From Nemertoderma westbladi (Eukaryota > Animalia > Xenacoelomorpha): DNA of 43,296 bases. This document shows positions 36,758-43,296 of the stretch, one piece after another (the first letter of the stretch is position 1; each line of letters opens with the position of its first letter). The notes below the pieces were generated by a model. That model was not told the origin of the DNA and ran no database searches. It worked only from the letters and a program-made list of their open reading frames with translations. The position numbers were made by a program, and so were the translations under genes. Where the stretch lies: NCBI GenBank assembly GCA_032718475.1, contig JAUCBJ010003271.1, positions 1 to 43,296 on the forward strand. Direction: 5' to 3'.

Positions 36758-36947
36758 CTAACCAAAACAATAAACCAATCTTCATTACATATGCGAAAAA
36801 TTTGCGCAAATTTGCAAAAATTTGATATAACTTTTCTCAATATGGGCTACTATGTGATGAGTACTGATGAATAATAAGAATTATTTTGTTTATATTCGTT
36901 GGATTATATATATTTAATTATTGGATGTCATTCGTATGTTGACTTAC

Positions 36948-37082
36948 TTGGCCATCTCGCACGTGGCACCATCTGATTCGCCAACGATGACGTAACCTTC
37001 ACTTAGGAATGCGTTGACAAATATAGTTATGGAATCGCAGCTGGCATCGTATTTGCGCCATTGGCAATAATTCGACTTCGCG
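36948..37082 (-). CDS. VWD-domain protein, coding exon 2
   Basis: TTTAAG acceptor, GTAAG donor, 135 nt, phase 2-2. Encodes AKSNYCQWRKYDASCDSITIFVNAFLSEGYVIVGESDGATCEMA with no stops. Confidence 0.8.
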
Positions 37083-37140
37083 CTTAAATATAATAAATTA
37101 CAATTAATAATATTTATTCAATTCAATGAATTCCATTATA

Positions 37141-37326
37141 ATTTCAGGCTGCTACCCGAGGGTAGTGGTGGGCGCTACTCCTATCCCAAGATTTGCTCCC
37201 AGTTATTTAACTGGTACTCACTTTAACGACCCCAGTGGATGAAAGACTGATTGGACCCTGTCGGGGCTGAACCTACAACCAATAGATTGAAGGGAAGGCG
37301 CTCAACCAACTGAGCTACCCCCCGCC
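37141..37326 (-). mobile_element. tRNA-derived SINE with Deu/Nin-like central domain
   Basis: Minus strand has A box TAGCTCAGTTGG (37317-37306) and B-box-like GGTTCAGCCCC (37273-37263), followed by TCAGTCTTTCATCC..GGGTCGTTAAAGTGAGTACCAG resembling the DeuSINE core. Family assignment is from memory of the consensus. Confidence 0.7.
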
Positions 37327-37483
37327 CCTCTCTATATTCCTTATAGAGAAATAAATATCGCAAATAAATAAAAATGTATTCCTTATTATGATGAATATTC
37401 TGTCATTAATATCTGGGCATCTTCAACTGAAGTGATAAATAGTAAAAGTCACTGAATCACATTGAAATAATAATAATACTAAC

Positions 37484-37569
37484 TAATTGCTTGGGATTAT
37501 CGCAAGGACAAGGATACACAGCCAGACGGAGGTGCCTGACAGCGTGGATAAACGTTTAGCCGTATCCAT
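37484..37569 (-). CDS. VWD-domain secreted protein (vWF/SCO-spondin/mucin-like), coding exon 1: start codon and signal peptide
   Basis: ATG at 37569-37567 gives MDTAKRLSTLSGTSVWLCILVLAIIPSN(Y), with a hydrophobic core typical of a signal peptide. GTTAGT donor at 37483, phase 2, joins in frame to the next exon. An acceptor TTTTCAG at 37631 suggests the exon extends as 5' UTR to 37630. Confidence 0.8.
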
Positions 37570-37873
37570 AGTAACGGATAACGGCGATGTTGTGTAACGT
37601 CTTACCGTTTCTCGCTTTCGTTGATGTTATCTGAAAAGAACAAGAATTAGCAAAATGTAAAAATAAATATAAAAAATCGATGATATCCCAGGTTTGTTTA
37701 AAACACAGTTGTAAAATGTTTAAAATGCTAATATCCTTGTTAGCCTGTTAGCTGCCATATTAATACAATTTCATAGTCGCAGGAAAATTGAATATCTTTG
37801 TGGGGCGAGCCACGAAGTTGGCGGAGCCTTAGCGAATTGACACTGTTAGGGGGTGGGTCAATTTATGCAAATA

Positions 37874-37939
37874 GTTGTCGTCGTCGTCGTCGTCGTCGTT
37901 GTCGTCGTCGTCGTCGTCGTCGTTGTCGTCGTCGTCGTT
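37874..37939. repeat. (GTC)n microsatellite
   Basis: Directly visible, with GTT interruptions. Confidence 0.95.
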
Positions 37940-39260
37940 ACGATTTTGACATGCTAATAACTTTGTCGGATTTAAAGCTGCCAAGTTGAAAATTTGTAGG
38001 TATCAATATGAGCAAAAGTTTAGATTTTTGAGAGACTTTCAGACACCATCAGTGCAATGGTCTCCCGCTAGAGGGCCACATGTCTAAACATTAAATGCCC
38101 TCCCATTTCTTTGCTTTTAATCCGTTTAAGCTGAAACTTGGCAGATATGTATTAGACCATTAGCTGTGACTTTCAAAGGAGGCGAATCCATCTGCAGTTC
38201 TCCAGTCTGCCGCTAGAGGGCCAAAGGTCTGAAAGTGAAATCGTTGTCGTCGTTACGATTTTGACATGCTAATAACTTTGTCGGATTTAAAGCTGCCAAG
38301 TTGAAAATTTGTAGGTATCAATATGAGCAAAAGTTGAGATTTTTGAGAGACTTTCAGACACCATCAGTGCAATGGTCTCCCGCTAGAGGGCCACATGTCT
38401 AAACATTAAATGCCCTCACATTTCTTTGCTTTTAATCCGTTTAAGCTGAAACTTGGCAGATATGTATTAGACCATTAGCTGTGACTTTCAAAGGAGGCGA
38501 ATCCATCTGCAGTTCTCCAGTCTGCCGCTAGAGGGCCAAAGGTCTGAAAGTGAAATCGTTGTCGTCGTTACGATTTTGACATGCTAATAACTTTGTCGGA
38601 TTTAAAGCTGCCAAGTTGAAAATTTGTAGGTATCAATATGAGCAAAAGTTGAGATTTTTGAGAGACTTTCAGACACCATCAGTGCAATGGTCTCCCGCTA
38701 GAGGGCCACATGTCTAAACATTAAATGCCCTCCCATTTCTTTGCTTTTAATCCGTTTAAGCTGAAACTTGGCAGATATGTATTAGACCATTAGCTGTGAC
38801 TTTCAAAGGAGGCGAATGCATCTGCAGTTCTCCAGTCTGCCGCTAGAGGGCCAAAGGTCTGAAAGTGAAATCGTTGTCGTCGTTACGATTTTGACATGCT
38901 AATAACTTTGTCGGATTTAAAGCTGCCAAGTTGAAAATTTGTAGGTATCAATATGAGCTAAAGTTGAGATTTTTGAGAGACTTTCAGACACCATCAGTGC
39001 AATGGTCTCCCGCTAGAGGGCCACATGTCTAAACATTAAATGCCCTCCCATTTCTTTGCTTTTAATCCGTTTAAGCTGAAACTTGGCAGATATGTATTAG
39101 ACCATTAGCTGTGACTTTCAAAGGAGGCGAATCCATCTGCAGTTCTCCAGTCTGCCGTTAGAGGGCCAAATGTCTGAAAGTGAAATCGTTGTCGTCGTTA
39201 TGATATTGACATGCTTATAACTTTGTCGAATTTAAAGCTGCCAAGTTGAAAATTTGTTTT
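37930..39260. repeat. 315-bp tandem repeat, ~4.2 copies, each made of two diverged ~160-bp subunits; degenerate copies continue to ~39620
   Basis: TCGTTGTCGTCGTTA recurs at 38241, 38556, 38871 and 39186 (315-bp period). CCGCTAGAGGGCCA and TTTAA(A)GCTG each occur twice per unit. Confidence 0.95.
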
Positions 39261-39818
39261 GTTGAAAATCAGTTCAACAGTCACCCGCTATAGGACTACT
39301 TTATGCCTGAAAGTGAATAGATTCTCCCGTCTCATTGATTTTAATCAGTTTAAGCTGAATCTTGCCATATATTCTGGACCACATGCTGCGTCTTTGTGGG
39401 GGGGGGGGGGGGGGGGGGGGGAGATTTAATCGGTCTGCCGCTATACGACGAAATTTCTGAAAGTGAGATCCGTCTCTCATTTCGTTATCCGTTATTCAAG
39501 ATGAAACTTGGCCGATGTACAGTACGTATGTACTATTCATCCATAGGCTGTGTCTTTGTGGGGCTGGAGACCCTAATCCATCTTCAGTTCTCACTATACC
39601 GCTAGAGTCAGAAATGTCTGAATAGAAATGAAAGAGGTAAAAAGTGATTAGGCGAAATCTGCTTAAAATTTGCTAATACAGTAATACTTTCGAATTAGTA
39701 GTACTTAAATTAAATTTAAGTCACGTGCTGCGCGAAGGCCCCACTTCGTGTTTAGATATGTTGGGATATAATTGGGTTACATAATAGTTGGATGTGTTAA
39801 GGGTGCAGCTCCAACCAA

Positions 39819-40228
39819 CGCGGATGCGTCAAGCGGATGCGCCAAGCGGACGCGTCAAGCGGATGCGTCAAGCGGACGCGTCAAGCGGATACGTCAAGCG
39901 GACGCATCAAGCGGACGCGTCACACGGATGCGTCAAGCGGAGGCGTCAAGCGGACGCGTCACACGAAGCATCAAGCGGACGCGTCACACGGATGCGTCAA
40001 GCGGACGCGTCAAACGGACGCGTCACACGGATGCTTCGAGCGGACGCGTCAAGCAGACGCGTCACACGGATGCGTCAAGCGGGCGCGTCAAGCGGACGCG
40101 TCGCACGGATGCGTCAAGAGGACGCGTCAAGCGGACGCGTCACACGGATGCGTCACACGGATGCGTCAAGTGGACGCGTCAAGCGGACGCGTCAAGCGGA
40201 CGCGTCACACGGATGCGTTAAGCGTCAA
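39819..40228. repeat. GC/CpG-rich 13-bp repeat (GCGGA(C/T)GCGTCAA / CACGGATGCGTCA) inside the Harbinger element
   Basis: Directly visible; the unit resembles the inner part of the TIR. Confidence 0.9.
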
Positions 40229-40288
40229 ATGCAATAAGAGGGAGAGTGGGATTTTTTTATTAATATTAATTTTTAAACTGAAATTCAA

Positions 40289-40483
40289 ATGGAAGCTGAC
40301 GATTTGCTGATGCTTGCAGTCATTAACAGAAGGAACAGGAAATACCGCCGTTTCTGGGTACATCCCTTGTGGTCATGCAGACCAGCAATGGGAGGCTACC
40401 ACACAATAGTACAGGGAATGAGGGTATTCCCAGAAAAATTAAAAGAATATTTTCGAGTCACTCTGCCCAATTTGATCAACTGA
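40289..40483 (+). pseudogene. Truncated Harbinger (HARBI1-like) transposase N-terminus
   Basis: RRFWVHPLWSCRPAMGGYHTIVQGMRVFPEKLKEYFRVT matches the WVHP...GxYHTL...YFRM pattern. The expected QFDQL follows in a shifted frame. No DDE core is present. Confidence 0.7.
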
Positions 40484-41174
40484 AATATAATAATACTAAA
40501 CGAGATACTACAAGCAACAAGCCCTTATATTAATTAATTCTGTACATATTAACTATTCGGTATTGGCTTTGACGCGTAATGCGTCCGCGTTGGTTGGTGG
40601 TCCCCCCTTATAGCAGTGCTCCCTCAACAGATATTTACTAAATTGACAAATTTTATTTTCAAATTTAACCAAGGGTACACAATAATTGATAAAGTTCAAG
40701 GAGAAAACCGTTCACGGAATAAATAATTGTGTGACGGAATACATTATACAATTATTTTATTCTAAAATTAATTTGAACTACTTCGTTTCATTCTTATTTT
40801 ATACGATTACAGTATCGTGAATTTCTATATTCGTGTAGGCCTACGAACAGTAGTAGTATGTATGAAGTTCTACAGTATGAGTGTATAGAATATATATAAG
40901 ATATTTTATCTACTGAGTTCATTAATATCATTAATTAAACAATTATGAAATTATCATGCATTAGACTTAGATATCATTCAAGGACAACCATTACTTCTAA
41001 TATAACTCATATCCATTACTTTTGCTTTTAAAATTTTTTTTTATTAGATTGTTAGTATTGAACAGGACTCCCCTGTCCTTCTGGGGCCCTACACAGTCAT
41101 TAAATACTGAAACATCAATACAGTCCTAAAGATCCTACTTACACTTAAACTGATCCTAATTTTTTGACACTTAC

Positions 41175-41206
41175 CTCCACTTATTTTTGAAATTCAAAAG
41201 GAAGAA
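41175..41206 (-). other. Candidate 5' UTR micro-exon of the VWD gene
   Basis: CATACAG acceptor and GAG|GTAAG donor. No transcript evidence. Confidence 0.3.
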
Positions 41207-41355
41207 CTGTATGTTTTAGTAACAACCGAAGTTATATTTGTTACTATGAGTAATTGTTCAAAAGAAACAGTTTATATTCTTATATTGAATGAGTTAATAA
41301 TTAGTTACAAACAGAGTGGCGGATAGGAATTAGGTAAGCTGTGACATCCTCATAC

Positions 41356-41500
41356 CTTAATCCATGCATCCAAGAAGTTTCTACAATAAATTGCGCAATA
41401 ACCCAAGCTGTGGATCTCCTTGTGATGGCACTTGGCGTGAATCGTCGATAATTCCGCCGCATTCGATTGTTTATATTTCTCCATAGCGATACAATCTGTG
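41356..41500 (-). other. Candidate first (5' UTR) exon of the VWD gene
   Basis: AAG|GTATG donor at 41355 in a GC-richer island upstream of the start-codon exon. The 5' boundary is unknown. Confidence 0.3.
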
Positions 41501-41814
41501 ACCCCAACAGAGTTTCCGTAGGTAAAACCGATTCCTCTATCTTCCTTCTACCGATACGAAAACATCGATTGTGTTATTGCTTACTGCCTATTGCGAAACA
41601 GAGTTTGATTGACAGCAAAACTAACTAAAATACTTTAAACAAATTCTAGCTCGAGTATATGAACTATTCAACAAACGAATTACACACCAAAATTGCTATT
41701 TATAACACCAAAATTGCTACTTATATCACCAAAATTACTTTACTTTTACACCAAATTACAATTCCAAGTAACAAATTTAATTTATTTTGTCACCACAAAT
41801 TCGAATACACCTCC

Positions 41815-42630
41815 AAAAATAGTTAACCCAGTAATAAAAATAATTAACCCAGCAACAAAAATAGTTAACCCAGCAACAAAAATAGTTATCCCAGCTACAC
41901 AAATAGTTAACCCATCAACGAAATTAGTTAACCCAGCAACAAAAATAGTTAACCCAGCAACTGAAATAGTTAACCCAGCAACAGAAATAGTTAACCCATC
42001 AACAAAATAGTTAACCCAGCAACTGAAATAGTTAACCCAGCAACAAAAATAGTTATCCCAGCTACAAAAATAGTTAACCCATGAACGAAATTAGTTAACC
42101 CAGCAACAAAAATAGTTAACCCAGCAACAAAAATAATTCACCCAGTAACAAATATAGTTATCCCAGCTACAAAAATAGTTAACCCAGTAACAAAAATAGT
42201 TAACCCATCAACAAAAATAGTTACCCTAGCAACAAAAATAGTTAACCTAGCAACAAAAATAGTTAACCCAGTAACAAAAATAGTTAACCCAGCAACAGAA
42301 ATAGTTAACCCATCAACAAAAATAGTTAACCCAGCAACAAAAATAGTTAACCCAGCAACAAAAAAGTTAACCCAGCAACTAAAATAGTTAACCCATAACA
42401 AAATAGTTAACCCAGCAAAAAAATAGTTAACCCAGCAACAAAAATAGTTAACCCAGTAACAAAAATAGTTAACCCAGCAACAAAAATAGATAACCCATCA
42501 ACAAAAATTGTTAACCCATCAACAAAATAGTTAACCCAGCAACAAAAATAGTTAACCCAGAAACATAAATAGATAACCCCGTAACAAAAATAGTTAACCC
42601 AGCAACTGAAATAGTTAATTCAGCAATAAA
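41815..42630. repeat. 21-bp minisatellite AAAAATAGTTAACCCAGCAAC (~38 copies)
   Basis: Directly visible tandem array with occasional 20-bp variants. Confidence 0.95.
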
Positions 42631-43296
42631 AATGTAATTTTATCACCAATATACTGTAGCTTTTTTCCATTGCCATTAATGTGGATTACAATAATTCTTC
42701 ACCAAAATGGGGATTCCATAGGCCTACCAAAAATAATATAATAACCCAGATAGGGGGTTAAATTCATGGAGTTGTACAGCAGTTTGTTGTCTTTCACGAA
42801 AAGTAATCTGTATGAAAGGATTGCCTAGTAACAATGTACAAAATAGTAGCCAATGCATAAATAAATAAGATTCCCCCAGCCCTGTGCATTATGTTTGATG
42901 GAGCACAGATCAGTCATGCTGAATTTCGATCTGGATTCGGCGATGAGCATGCTCAAAACCCAAGCAGGGTGGGAGCTCTAAGTTCTAACGTCTAACGCGT
43001 GTTGAGCGGTCATTATTGGCGAGATTTACCATCGAATGTGGTTCACCTCAATGACTTCTTTATTTCTGTTCAAACAATGGTTATTGTCTGTTTTTATTAT
43101 TGATTTTTTTTTCATCTTTTCAACGTTTTTTTCTTATTGAATCCCACGTGTAAAATTGATGGTTATTAACGATTTACGTTTTATATTGCGGTAAATTAAC
43201 TTTACTACAGTATAAAAATTTAAAATTTATAATGCAAATAGCACCCCGACCCCCATCCCCCCCCCCCCCCCCCCCCCCCTCCTACTAAGTGTCCAC

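Larger units (their letters stand above)
37797..39756. mobile_element. Non-autonomous Helentron-associated (HINE/DINE-1/pearl-like) element with central tandem repeats
   Basis: Left end GTGGGGC..CACGAAGT and right end GCCCCACTTCGTG are inverted sub-terminal motifs. A (GTC)n microsatellite follows the left end, then a tandem array. This is the modular layout of these elements. Confidence 0.55.
39801..40607 (+). mobile_element. PIF/Harbinger DNA transposon deletion derivative
   Basis: Imperfect TIRs GGGTGCAGCTCCAACCAACGCGGATGC / GCGTCCGCGTTGGTTGGTGGTCCCCCC, flanked by TAA and TTA (TWA-type). Contains a transposase N-terminal remnant. Confidence 0.75.

Noticed and set aside
37606-37630. 25-bp coding micro-exon using the GTAAG donor at 37605
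   Set aside because: The longer exon to 37484 supplies an ATG and a convincing signal peptide in the right phase. The internal donor is at most an alternative.
37798-42401. ORFs with poly-Arg, poly-Gly, RQADASSG and KIVNPAT repeats
   Set aside because: They are translations of microsatellite, homopolymer and minisatellite DNA.

Overview
Eukaryotic (invertebrate animal-type, AT-rich, spliceosomal introns) genomic window. It holds the 5' part of a minus-strand multi-exon gene for a secreted von Willebrand factor/SCO-spondin/gel-forming-mucin-like protein: signal peptide, EMI-like Cys segment, VWD domain and the start of a C8 domain. I reconstructed ten coding exons with consistent GT-AG sites and phases. 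One intron (4123-36061, ~31.9 kb) is almost entirely an 18/19-bp satellite (ACTGTGAATGGAGTACAT, roughly 1,400 monomers) with nested higher-order duplications. Two retroelements are inserted in the satellite. The first is an intact-looking Ty3/Gypsy-like LTR retrotransposon (22225-27942) with identical 242-bp LTRs, non-canonical CG...CG termini, a 3-bp TSD, an IADD RT motif and a DD35D integrase (Troyka-like). The second is a ~510-bp non-coding, highly base-paired element (18728-19236) with a 13-bp TSD and (TAG)n tail, whose 3' end matches an RTE LINE fragment elsewhere in the window. Other introns and upstream DNA contain a tRNA-derived SINE, a Helentron/pearl-like element with 315-bp tandem repeats, a Harbinger deletion derivative and a 21-bp minisatellite. 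Nearly all ORFs in the supplied track are artefacts of the repeats.
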